From Minisyncoccota bacterium (GTDB lineage: Bacteria > Patescibacteriota > Minisyncoccia > UBA6257 > GWB1-50-10): a DNA stretch of 64,000 nucleotides. The position numbers were made by a program, and so were the translations under genes. Position 1 is the first letter of the stretch; every line of letters begins with the position of its first letter. The notes under the pieces are model-generated. The model ran no database searches. It saw nothing but the letters and a program-made list of their open reading frames with translations, and had not been told where the DNA came from. The DNA is taken from NCBI GenBank assembly GCA_041917695.1, contig JAYRXE010000037.1, forward strand, positions 222,905 through 286,904, given 5' to 3'. Below are positions 37,114 through 45,397 of this stretch, piece by piece.

Positions 37114-37794
37114 ATGAAAACAGATACCGGAACGCTTTTTATCGTGGCGACCCCAATTGGGAATTTGGAGGATGTGACCGTTCGCGCGGCGCGGACGTTG
37201 AGGGAGGTCGCATATATCCTCGCCGAAGATACGCGAGTGACTCAGAAGCTCCTGAATCATTTGGGGGCGAAGCAGAAGCTTTTTCGTTGCGACGAATATG
37301 CGGGCGAAGTCCTTTTTGCGCGGACGCTTGAAGACCTTTCGGCGGGGAAGTCCGTCGCGTTCGTGAGCGACGCAGGCACACCCGGCATCGCCGACCCGGC
37401 CGCGAAGCTTGTGAGGTACGTGAGCGAACGCGCTCCGGAAATCGCCATTACGCCCGTGCCAGGGCCTTCTGCGGTCACCGCGCTTCTCTCCGTTGCCGGT
37501 ATCCATGCAAACCAGTTTCTCTTTCTCGGCTACCCTCCCCATAAGAAAGGACGCGAAACCTTTTTCCGCGAGGCGAAAGAGAATCCCGTTCGTCCCGTCG
37601 TGATGTTCGAATCGCCGCATCGCATCCTTAAAACGTTTGAACAGATCGAAAAAAATTTCGGGGCTGAGGCGGAGCTGGTCGTCGGCCGCGAGCTCACCAA
37701 GTTGCACGAAGAGATCTTCCGCGGAACGGTGCGGGCGGCGGGGAGTCATTTTTCCGCCAACCCGAAGGGAGAATTTGCGGTAGCAATCCTCTAA
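37114..37794 (+). CDS. rsmI: 16S rRNA C1402 2'-O-methyltransferase
   Basis: VATPIGNLED, AEDTR, VSDAGTPGI.DP, FESPHR, RELTKLHEE, KGEF. Confidence 0.94.
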   Translation: MKTDTGTLFIVATPIGNLEDVTVRAARTLREVAYILAEDTRVTQKLLNHLGAKQKLFRCDEYAGEVLFARTLEDLSAGKSVAFVSDAGTPGIADPAAKLVRYVSERAPEIAITPVPGPSAVTALLSVAGIHANQFLFLGYPPHKKGRETFFREAKENPVRPVVMFESPHRILKTFEQIEKNFGAEAELVVGRELTKLHEEIFRGTVRAAGSHFSANPKGEFAVAIL

Positions 37795-37798
37795 ACCT

Positions 37799-38302
37799 AT
37801 GGAGATTGCCGTCCGCAAGCCGAAAAAATCGGAAGCGAAAAAAATTGTCGCGGTTTTAAACTCGGATGTGCCGATTTATCGGAAGGCGTATTCAGACCGA
37901 TATATCAAATTCCATGGGGGAATCGGCACCTTCGCGGAAGGTGAGATTGATTATGCAAACGGCATAGTCGCGCTGGTCCGCGGAAATATCGCCGGGTATG
38001 CCGATTGGCGGCTCAAGCGCAACGGAATAGCCTGGATTTCCATGCTGATTGTCGCCCCGCGTTATTATCGGCGGGGAGTGGCGACGAAGCTTTTCGAGAC
38101 GATCGAAAAAAAAGCCGTGCGGAACGGAGCGAAAGGGATCGCGGGGGAAACCCAGCGCAGGGCGGTCTGGGTAAATCGCTTCAACCGCAAAATGGGTCTT
38201 AAAAAAGTGGATTGGCGCGGTCTCAATACGCGCCTGTTTAAAGGCACGCTCAAGCAGCCGCCGGTGAAATATACGTATGTGTGGGGAAAACCGCTCGCAT
38301 GA
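37799..38302 (+). CDS. GNAT-family acetyltransferase
   Basis: V.P.YYRRGVATKL acetyl-CoA binding motif. Confidence 0.8.
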   Translation: MEIAVRKPKKSEAKKIVAVLNSDVPIYRKAYSDRYIKFHGGIGTFAEGEIDYANGIVALVRGNIAGYADWRLKRNGIAWISMLIVAPRYYRRGVATKLFETIEKKAVRNGAKGIAGETQRRAVWVNRFNRKMGLKKVDWRGLNTRLFKGTLKQPPVKYTYVWGKPLA

Positions 38303-38904
38303 CAACGTATCCCGTATCCAAGCGCATCTTCGATATTGCGGTATCTTTTTCCATCCTCGCAGTTTCTTTGCCGTTGTGGCCCGTTATCGCGCTCGCTATC
38401 CTCTTTGAGGACGGCTTTCCGGTATTCATCCGCCTCGAGCGCGTGAGCGAAGGGCGCGTGATGCGCGTCATCAAATTCCGTTCAATGGTGCGCGGGGCGC
38501 ATGCCATGAAGGAGTCCCTCGCGCCGCAGAACGAGCGGCATGACGGCCCCCTTTTTAAGATGAAAAACGATCCGCGGCTTTTAAAAACAGGCAAATTTTT
38601 CCGCAAAGTGCGCGTGGATGAATTACCCCAGCTTTTAAACGTCATCGCCGGCTCGCTCGCGCTCGTCGGCCCGCGCCCGCACGAGCCCCGGGAGGTGGCG
38701 GCTTATCCAGAGAAGTACGCGAAGGTGCCGCTGGCGCGCGCCGGAGCCACGGGGTTGTCCCAAGTGATGGGCGCATCGGCGCTTTCGTTCGAGCGCGAGC
38801 TTGAATATGACGAATGGTACTTGAAGCACCGGTCGCTTTGGCTCGACATGAAAATTTTATGGCGCACCGTCGCGGTTTTTCTTTTTGACCCTACCGGCGT
38901 TTGA
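38299..38904 (+). CDS. Small bacterial sugar transferase (priming PGT)
   Basis: KRIFD, KFRSM, FKMKNDPR, DELPQL.NV..G...LVGPRP, TGLSQV. Confidence 0.9.
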   Translation: MTTYPVSKRIFDIAVSFSILAVSLPLWPVIALAILFEDGFPVFIRLERVSEGRVMRVIKFRSMVRGAHAMKESLAPQNERHDGPLFKMKNDPRLLKTGKFFRKVRVDELPQLLNVIAGSLALVGPRPHEPREVAAYPEKYAKVPLARAGATGLSQVMGASALSFERELEYDEWYLKHRSLWLDMKILWRTVAVFLFDPTGV

Positions 38905-38930
38905 GCGTACTATGGGTCTATCTTTGGCCC

Positions 38931-40025
38931 ATGCGCGTTGCGATACTCCATGATTATTTGAACCAATACGGCGGTGCCGAGCGGGTGCTCGAAGTTTTTT
39001 TGGAACTTTTTCCGGCTGCCGACCTATACACTCTGATGTACGACGGCGAGCGCATCGGCTACCGTTTCCAGGGGAATTTGAAAAAGACGAGCGTGCTTGA
39101 TTTTAATTTCGCCCGGCGGAAACACCGCATGTTCATCCCGCTCATGCCGCTTGCGGCAAAAACGGTCCGTTCCGAAGGCGTGTACGACCTCGTCATTTCC
39201 TCGACTGCCGGATATGCGAAAGGCTTTCCGGTGGAGGGGAAATACCACATCTCGTACTGCCACAGTCCGCTCCGGTATGCCTGGGAACTCGACTATCTGA
39301 AAGACCTCCCGTTTTCTCCGGCGTCATTCGTGAAAGGCTCGTTTCGCCGGCCCGCCGCCGAGGTTTTCCAACGATGGGATAAGCGCGCGGCGAACCAGGT
39401 GAATGTCTTTGTCGCGAACTCGTCGTACATCCGCGAAAAAGTCCGCGCGTATTACGGCCGTGATGCGCACGTCATCCATCCGCCGGTCGAAACCGGCACA
39501 TTCAGGCGCCTCCCGACCGACGAGACCGGCAATTACTACCTCATGGCGGGCCGGCTGTTGTACTACAAGCGTTTTGACATCGGTATCCGGGCGTTCAATG
39601 AATTGAAGCTGCCGTTAAAAATCATGGGGACCGGCCCTGAGGAGAAGAAATTACGCGCGATTGCGAATCCGCGGTATGTGGAATTCGTACCGCCGGTTTC
39701 GGACGCGGAACTCCGGAAGCTCTATGCGGGCGCGAAAGCGTTCATCTTTCCCCAAATCGAGGATTTCGGCATCGTTGCGGCGGAAGCGCAGGCATGCGGA
39801 ACCCCGGTGATTGCATACTCCCGCGGGGGATCATGCGAAATCGTCCGCGCGGGCGAAACCGGCATATTTTTCAAGGAACAGACCAAAGACGCGCTCGTCG
39901 GCGCGGTGCGCGAATGCGAGTCAAAGCGGTTTGACCGCAAGAAAATAGCGCGGGACGGCGAACGTTTTTCGAAGGAGGCGTTTAAAGAGGCCTTCATGTC
40001 GCTCGTGAAGAATTCCGGCTTTTAG
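38931..40025 (+). CDS. GT4 glycosyltransferase (WbaZ-like)
   Basis: HDYL.QYGGAERV, YCHSP.RYAW, EDFGIV.AEAQACG.PVI. Confidence 0.9.
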   Translation: MRVAILHDYLNQYGGAERVLEVFLELFPAADLYTLMYDGERIGYRFQGNLKKTSVLDFNFARRKHRMFIPLMPLAAKTVRSEGVYDLVISSTAGYAKGFPVEGKYHISYCHSPLRYAWELDYLKDLPFSPASFVKGSFRRPAAEVFQRWDKRAANQVNVFVANSSYIREKVRAYYGRDAHVIHPPVETGTFRRLPTDETGNYYLMAGRLLYYKRFDIGIRAFNELKLPLKIMGTGPEEKKLRAIANPRYVEFVPPVSDAELRKLYAGAKAFIFPQIEDFGIVAAEAQACGTPVIAYSRGGSCEIVRAGETGIFFKEQTKDALVGAVRECESKRFDRKKIARDGERFSKEAFKEAFMSLVKNSGF

Positions 40026-40040
40026 TCCCTTGAGGAACGC

Positions 40041-41183
40041 ATGAAAATACTTCTCGATGTTCGAACGTTGCATGCCACGCACCTTACGGGCGTTCCGACT
40101 TACACGAAATACATTGTCGAGCACCTTCTTAAAAATCCCGAGGCGCACGAGTACGTGCTTTTTTCAAATACATTCAGATCTTCCGAATCGCTTATCCGGC
40201 GATTTTCGCTTCCGGAGGACCGCGTCCGCGAAGTGAATTGGCACATTCCCAACCGCCCGCTTAATTTTTTTTCCGCATGGCTTAATGCTCCGAAGATTCG
40301 AATCCCCGGCGTCGAACTGGCTTTCAGTCCGCACATCCACCCCATAAGCGTTCCGCGCGGTACGCCGCATGTGGTGACGATACACGATCTCGCTTTTTCG
40401 CGCTTTCCCGGCTATTTCTCCCTAAAGGAACGGCTGTGGCACGCTCTGCCCCGTCCCCGCACCCTTGCGAAACGGGCAGACCATATCATTGCCGTCTCGG
40501 AAACGACGAAGCGGGATTTGGTTGAACATTGGAAATTGCCGGAGGAGAAGGTGACGGTCGTGTACCCGGGAGCGCATGACTGCATCCCCGAAGACCGACT
40601 GGGCGACGTGTCGCGAGTCAAAGATTTTACGAATCCATTCGTACTTTTTACGGGAACGCTCGAGCCGCGGAAAAACATCGAGGGCCTCGTTGCCGCATTC
40701 GAAATTTTGAAAAATGATTCCGCGATGAAAGATATGAAGCTCGTCATTGTGGGCAAGCCCGGATGGCTTTACAAGCCCATCCTTCACCGCATCGCCCGCT
40801 CGAAAAATCGCAGGGATATCGTGGTGTGGGGGTATGCGTCTGACTCCGAATTGCAGGAGTTGTACCGGCGCGCCTCGCTTTTCGCGTATCCGTCTTTTTT
40901 CGAAGGCTTTGTCTTTCCGCCGCTCCACGCCCAGCTCTTGGGGTGTCCGGTTGTTGTTTCCGAAGGCGGTGTTTTCCGCGAGACGCTTGCGGGAAGCGCG
41001 CGCATGGTAGACCAGCGTAATGCGGAATCCATCGCGGAGGGCATGCGGGAGGTGCTTCGAAACGCCGAGTTTCGCGCACGACTCGTTGCGCGGGGGAAGG
41101 AAAACGTCGCGCGTTTCACGTGGAGCGCCGCCGCCGAGCGCACGCTCCAGGTGTTTCAAAATACCGCGCATCGGCTAAAATAA
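40041..41183 (+). CDS. GT4 glycosyltransferase
   Basis: TIHDL, GTLEPRKN, YPSFFEGF.FPPL.A...G.PV. Confidence 0.9.
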   Translation: MKILLDVRTLHATHLTGVPTYTKYIVEHLLKNPEAHEYVLFSNTFRSSESLIRRFSLPEDRVREVNWHIPNRPLNFFSAWLNAPKIRIPGVELAFSPHIHPISVPRGTPHVVTIHDLAFSRFPGYFSLKERLWHALPRPRTLAKRADHIIAVSETTKRDLVEHWKLPEEKVTVVYPGAHDCIPEDRLGDVSRVKDFTNPFVLFTGTLEPRKNIEGLVAAFEILKNDSAMKDMKLVIVGKPGWLYKPILHRIARSKNRRDIVVWGYASDSELQELYRRASLFAYPSFFEGFVFPPLHAQLLGCPVVVSEGGVFRETLAGSARMVDQRNAESIAEGMREVLRNAEFRARLVARGKENVARFTWSAAAERTLQVFQNTAHRLK

Positions 41184-41192
41184 GAGGCAGTA

Positions 41193-43277
41193 ATGCCTGA
41201 AAAAGTTCCCCGTAAGAATACCGGCGGCATTCTTGCCGACATTCGAAAACCGCACGGAACGCATGATGCACGTTTCGATGCCATCAATCTCACCCGGGTT
41301 CCCAAAAAGGGTCCGCGGGAATTTTCGTTTTTTGCCGCATTCGGCAAGCGCGCCGCCGTCGTTCTCGGTATCCTTGTCGTCCTTGCCGGGGCTTTCTTCG
41401 CGGCCTCGTTCGGCGAGACCAAACAGGCGGCTTCAGAGACCGCGGAAACGGTGGCGCAGAATTTCATCCATTCCGCAAACGCCCTCCGCGATTTCCGGCC
41501 GGACGATGCGCTGGTCGCGCTCCGGAAGAACGAAGACGAAATTTCGGGATTTAAGAGTTTTTTGGGTGATACGCATGGAAACGTTTTCATTTCCATCGTG
41601 GGATCCGTCGCTCCCGTTTTGCGCCAGGGCTTGGGACTTTTCACGGCCGTCGACGACTTAAACGGAAAGTTCATCACGCTTGCGGAAAGCCTGAAGGACC
41701 TCGAGGAAAACGGCCCGCGATATTTTCAGACGGACGGTTCGGCGTTCATCGCTTCGCTTGAGCGTCTTCGCGACCGCACCCGCGAGGTGGGCGGGGACGT
41801 GCAATCCGCGCGGAACGACATGGCGCGCATCATGAACGTTTTCCCGTCGGTCGGCGGTTTCGGTTCGATTCTCGGCGATGATTACCTGAAGTACAGCGCC
41901 GATCTGGTGGCGACCGAAAAATTCCTCGATGCGCTTATCGCGACCTTGAAAGAGCCGGGCGAAAAACATTTTATCGTTCTGTTTCAAAACGCAGCGGAGG
42001 CGCGTCCGGGAGGCGGGTTCGCCGGGAGCTATGCCGACGTGACGATTGAGAACGGCCAGCTCAAAAACATCGACGTGCGGGATATTTACGATCCCGACGG
42101 ACAGCTTGCGGTAAACGTCGTCCCGCCCCAGGAATTGAAAACCATGACGCGTAAATGGGGGGCGCGGGACGCGAATTGGTTCTTCGATTTTCCGACGACG
42201 GCGGAAGCGACGCTTTATTTCCTTGAGCATTCCAAGATTTATTCGGAGAAGCAGGTGACCTTCGAGGGCGTGATTGCGATGAATACGTACGCCTTTGAAA
42301 GTATCCTCGATGTGACCGGGCCGATGGAATTGCCTGAGTACAAAACGACGATTACGAGCGCGAATTTCCACGACGTGATTCAGCGCGAGGTTGAGGCCGG
42401 AAACGACAAGATTGCCGGCGAGCCGAAGCGCATTTTGAAGGTACTTGCCCCGAAGCTTTTGGAAAAAATGAAAACCCTTGAAGGCGGCGATATGCGGCTT
42501 CTCGCGCAGGCGGTTTTCACCCATTTGGAATCGAAAGACATCATGCTGTATGCAAAGCACCGTGATATGGCAAATTTCTTCGCCGAGCGGAATCTCGACG
42601 GGGGTTTGTACGGCATTCCGAACAATTTCTTCGGCAGTTATCTGGCAGTCGTAAACGCGAATGTCGCCGGCGGGAAAACGGATTTGTTCATGGAGCAGAA
42701 CATTGAGGCGCGCATCGACCTCGATACGAATGCCGGCATTTTCACCGATTTGACCGTCGAGCGCGCCCATATGGGAAACGCGCAGAAGGATCCCTGGTGG
42801 AAGGCGCCAAATAAGAACTTCATCCAGATTTTCACGAACCCCGGCGTATCGCTCGTGTCACTCAAGGGAAACGACGTGAAAACAATATCGTCCAAATTCG
42901 ATTACAGCGCGGCTGGCTATGAGCGCTATCCCGCGCTCGACAAGATAGAGCTCACGCGCGTCTTCCTTTCGCCGTACCAAACGTGGGCGATGGAATCGCT
43001 CGGCAAGACCGCTTTCGGCACGTGGTTCAACGTGAATGCGGGCGAACGGAAGAAGCTCGAAGTCCGCTACCAGCTTCCCGCGGCGAACCAAAACGTATGG
43101 GATGGAGAAGTCTTTACCTTCGTCTTCGAGCGCCAAAGCGGGGTGCGGAGCAATCTGAAGGCCACGATATCCGCGCCCCTCGGGTACAACTTCAAAGAGT
43201 CCGGCGGACCCCTCTATATTTTCGAGGACAAGGGGACTGCGGGACGCATCGTCATTCCCCTTACCCTCGAGAAATAA
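41193..43277 (+). CDS. DUF4012-domain membrane-anchored protein
   Basis: LFQN.AE.RP.GGF.GSY, RDANW..DFP, N..GGK.D; lies in a polysaccharide gene context. Confidence 0.82.
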   Translation: MPEKVPRKNTGGILADIRKPHGTHDARFDAINLTRVPKKGPREFSFFAAFGKRAAVVLGILVVLAGAFFAASFGETKQAASETAETVAQNFIHSANALRDFRPDDALVALRKNEDEISGFKSFLGDTHGNVFISIVGSVAPVLRQGLGLFTAVDDLNGKFITLAESLKDLEENGPRYFQTDGSAFIASLERLRDRTREVGGDVQSARNDMARIMNVFPSVGGFGSILGDDYLKYSADLVATEKFLDALIATLKEPGEKHFIVLFQNAAEARPGGGFAGSYADVTIENGQLKNIDVRDIYDPDGQLAVNVVPPQELKTMTRKWGARDANWFFDFPTTAEATLYFLEHSKIYSEKQVTFEGVIAMNTYAFESILDVTGPMELPEYKTTITSANFHDVIQREVEAGNDKIAGEPKRILKVLAPKLLEKMKTLEGGDMRLLAQAVFTHLESKDIMLYAKHRDMANFFAERNLDGGLYGIPNNFFGSYLAVVNANVAGGKTDLFMEQNIEARIDLDTNAGIFTDLTVERAHMGNAQKDPWWKAPNKNFIQIFTNPGVSLVSLKGNDVKTISSKFDYSAAGYERYPALDKIELTRVFLSPYQTWAMESLGKTAFGTWFNVNAGERKKLEVRYQLPAANQNVWDGEVFTFVFERQSGVRSNLKATISAPLGYNFKESGGPLYIFEDKGTAGRIVIPLTLEK

Positions 43278-43355
43278 TTCCGATTGACAGCGCTGCTTGC
43301 GCCAGGCAGGATAGGGTCAGCATTTCAATAACTTATTACAGAAAGGAAGGCATCC

Positions 43356-44453
43356 GTGCCTAAAAAAGGAAAACCGGACATCATCCAGGTCGAGTACATC
43401 TGGGTCCGCGGACCGAAAAAGGACCGTAAGACGCAGACGTTGTGTTCAAAAACAAAAGTCATAGAGAATCCGTATCCGAAAGGAACGACTTTCTTAGATC
43501 CCCGAAAACTTCCGCCGTGGGGGTTTGACGGATCGAGTACTGAACAGGCAAAAACGGAAAAAAGCGATTGCCTGCTTACACCGGTATACGTTGTTCCCGA
43601 TCCCATCCAGGGCGGGGGAAATCTCTTAGCTTTGTGCGAAGTGATGGATGCAGACGGGAAACCCCATCCGACGAATACCCGCGCCATGTTGCGGAGCATC
43701 GCCCCAAAATACAAACGCTACGATGCATGGTTCGGCATGGAGCAGGAATACACGCTTTATGACGAACACGGAAACTGGCCGTATGGTTGGCCGGATAAAG
43801 GATATCCCTTCGAACAGGGGGGGAACTATTGCGGCGTCGGCTCCGATGAAGTGTATGGTACCGCTCTTGTGAAGGAACATACGCGCATGTGTATCGCCTC
43901 CGGCATCAAAATTTCCGGAACGAATGCGGAAGTGATGCCTTCGCAATGGGAATTCCAGGTCGGGCCGTTAGGACCCCTCGAAATAGGGGATCAACTGCTC
44001 ATCGCCCGCTGGCTTCTTTTTATCTTGGGTGAGAAATACCGCATCAGCGTAAAACTTGACCCAAAGCCCCTTGAAAAAGGCAATTGGAACGGTGCGGGCA
44101 TGCACACCAACTTCAGCACCGCTCTTATGCGCGGAAAGGGAGGTATTAAGGCCGTTCTGAAAGCATGCGAGGCGCTGAAGGAATCCCATAAAGAACACAT
44201 TGCCGTATATGGCGAATACAACGATAAGCGGCTGACCGGCAATCACGAAACGGGAAGCTACAAGAAATTCACCTTTGGCAAAAGCGACCGGAGCGCTTCG
44301 GTGAGGATTCCCGTTTCGGGAACATACCTCGAAGACCGCCGGCCGGGCGCGAATGCAGACCCCTACAAGATTGCCTACGCGCTTCTTCAGAGCGTGTGTG
44401 GCAAAGGATTCGAAGCCCCGGAACACTGGATAGAGTTGAAAGTGAAGGAATGA
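43356..44453 (+). CDS. glnII: Glutamine synthetase, type II (GSII)
   Basis: EYIW, WGFDGSST.QA...SD, WFGMEQEY, YCGVG, NAEVMPSQWEFQVGP, WNGAGMHTNFST, RLTG.HET, YLEDRRP.AN.DPY; 365 aa. Confidence 0.92.
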   Translation: MPKKGKPDIIQVEYIWVRGPKKDRKTQTLCSKTKVIENPYPKGTTFLDPRKLPPWGFDGSSTEQAKTEKSDCLLTPVYVVPDPIQGGGNLLALCEVMDADGKPHPTNTRAMLRSIAPKYKRYDAWFGMEQEYTLYDEHGNWPYGWPDKGYPFEQGGNYCGVGSDEVYGTALVKEHTRMCIASGIKISGTNAEVMPSQWEFQVGPLGPLEIGDQLLIARWLLFILGEKYRISVKLDPKPLEKGNWNGAGMHTNFSTALMRGKGGIKAVLKACEALKESHKEHIAVYGEYNDKRLTGNHETGSYKKFTFGKSDRSASVRIPVSGTYLEDRRPGANADPYKIAYALLQSVCGKGFEAPEHWIELKVKE

Positions 44454-44462
44454 TGAAAAGAC

Positions 44463-44500
44463 AAATCCCCCGATTTGCCGACTGGCGGAGGGGGATTTTT
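44463..44500 (+). terminator. Terminator of glnII
   Basis: AAATCCCCC...GGGGGATTTTTT. Confidence 0.7.
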
Positions 44501-44503
44501 ATT

Positions 44504-44538
44504 TAAAAAAAGCCCCGTAAAGAATCATACGGAGCTTA
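44504..44538 (-). terminator. Terminator of the tRNA-like operon
   Basis: Minus strand AAGCTCCGTA...TACGGGGCTT followed by a T-run. Confidence 0.75.
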
Positions 44539-44562
44539 CTAAAGGAGGAGAAAACAAATATG

Positions 44563-44653
44563 TGGACAGGGGAGGACTTGAACCTCCGACCCTTCTTTTT
44601 CAAGGAAGTGCTCTACCAGAAGATTCACCATCTTCTTTCTGAGTTACCTGTCC
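44563..44653 (-). tRNA. tRNA-Phe(GAA)-like RNA with ~19-nt hairpin insertion in the D-loop
   Basis: GGACAGG/CCTGTCC acceptor; anticodon loop TTGAAAA; T arm GGAGG-TTCAAGT-CCTCC; 27-nt D-loop containing AGAAGAT-GGTGA-ATCTTCT. Confidence 0.75.
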
Positions 44654-44660
44654 GAATGCG

Positions 44661-44756
44661 TGAGCGGAAAAGGATTCGAACCTCTGGCCTCCAGATTCCG
44701 GAAACCCCCCACGGGATTGTTTAGTCTGGCGCTCTGCCGGTCTGAGCTATCCGCCC
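44661..44756 (-). tRNA. tRNA-like RNA with a 29-nt anticodon loop (hairpin insertion); identity unresolved
   Basis: GGGCGGA/TCCGCTC acceptor; GCTC/GAGC D stem; CCAGA/TCTGG anticodon stem; T loop TTCGAAT. Confidence 0.7.
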
Positions 44757-44782
44757 CATAAATCATATTTATTCGCGTATCG

Positions 44783-44896
44783 CACCGGAGAAAGGAGTCG
44801 AACCTCCGACCTTCTTGCGGGTCAAGCAAGACGCTCTCACCACGGGGTTTTATCTCTCCAGCATGCGTAAAGAGACCCTTGCTGAGCTACTCCGGT
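44783..44896 (-). tRNA. tRNA-like RNA with ~38-nt hairpin insertion in the D-loop and extended anticodon arm (GAC or TGA)
   Basis: ACCGGAG/CTCCGGT acceptor; GCTC/GAGC D stem with 47-nt loop; TCTTGC-TTGACCC-GCAAGA; T loop TTCGACT. Confidence 0.7.
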
Positions 44897-44915
44897 ATTG
44901 TTAAGCAACGGCTTT

Positions 44916-44943
44916 TTTATACCTTTATTAAAAATAAAGTCAA
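44916..44943 (-). promoter_or_regulatory. Sigma70-type promoter of the tRNA-like operon
   Basis: Minus strand TTGACT-16 nt-TATAAA, about 20 nt upstream of the first element. Confidence 0.6.
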
Positions 44944-44962
44944 GTCGGCTATAATGAAGAAT

Positions 44963-45397
44963 ATGGAAAAGAAAATCATCATTCCTCTCGCAATCGTGGC
45001 CGTTCTCGTTGCCGGCGGATATGTCTATCAGCATCGATACCAGCTTTTCACGTTTGAAAATGGCAGCATCCAGATTGCTGAAAAGCCTGTTGAGCTTGCA
45101 ATACTGGGAACGTGGCGGAGCGCCGATGATCCGAAATTCACCCGAGAATTCACTGAAGACGGAAAAGTGATTGACCGGTATGAAGGAGACGCGTCTGCCG
45201 ACGTTGAGGGACGATGGTATGTTACGTCGACCGCCGAGATACCGTTTTCGATTCCCGTCGTGGAAGGGGCGACGGATATAAAGCTCCAATTCCCCGATGG
45301 AAACTATTTCTTCCGCGTAGCGGATGTTTCACGCACATCGCTCACACTCATCTATCTTGAACGCGGGAATTCGCTTCGATTTGAGCGCGCCCGCTAA
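44963..45397 (+). CDS. Hypothetical exported small beta-barrel-like protein
   Basis: N-terminal TM; ILGTWRS, G.W motifs; TATAAT 7 nt before ATG. Confidence 0.7.
   Translation: MEKKIIIPLAIVAVLVAGGYVYQHRYQLFTFENGSIQIAEKPVELAILGTWRSADDPKFTREFTEDGKVIDRYEGDASADVEGRWYVTSTAEIPFSIPVVEGATDIKLQFPDGNYFFRVADVSRTSLTLIYLERGNSLRFERAR

Noticed and set aside
44644-44829. 61-aa minus-strand ORF inside the tRNA-like array
   Set aside because: Translation of tRNA sequence (GSNP-type peptide); no RBS.
44563-44896. tRNA-like elements as group I/II intron-containing tRNAs, tRNA-Sec, or prophage att remnants
   Set aside because: Inserts are about 20-38 nt, far too short for self-splicing introns. There is no TCA anticodon or long variable arm. 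All elements are full length with both acceptor strands, and no integrase is nearby.
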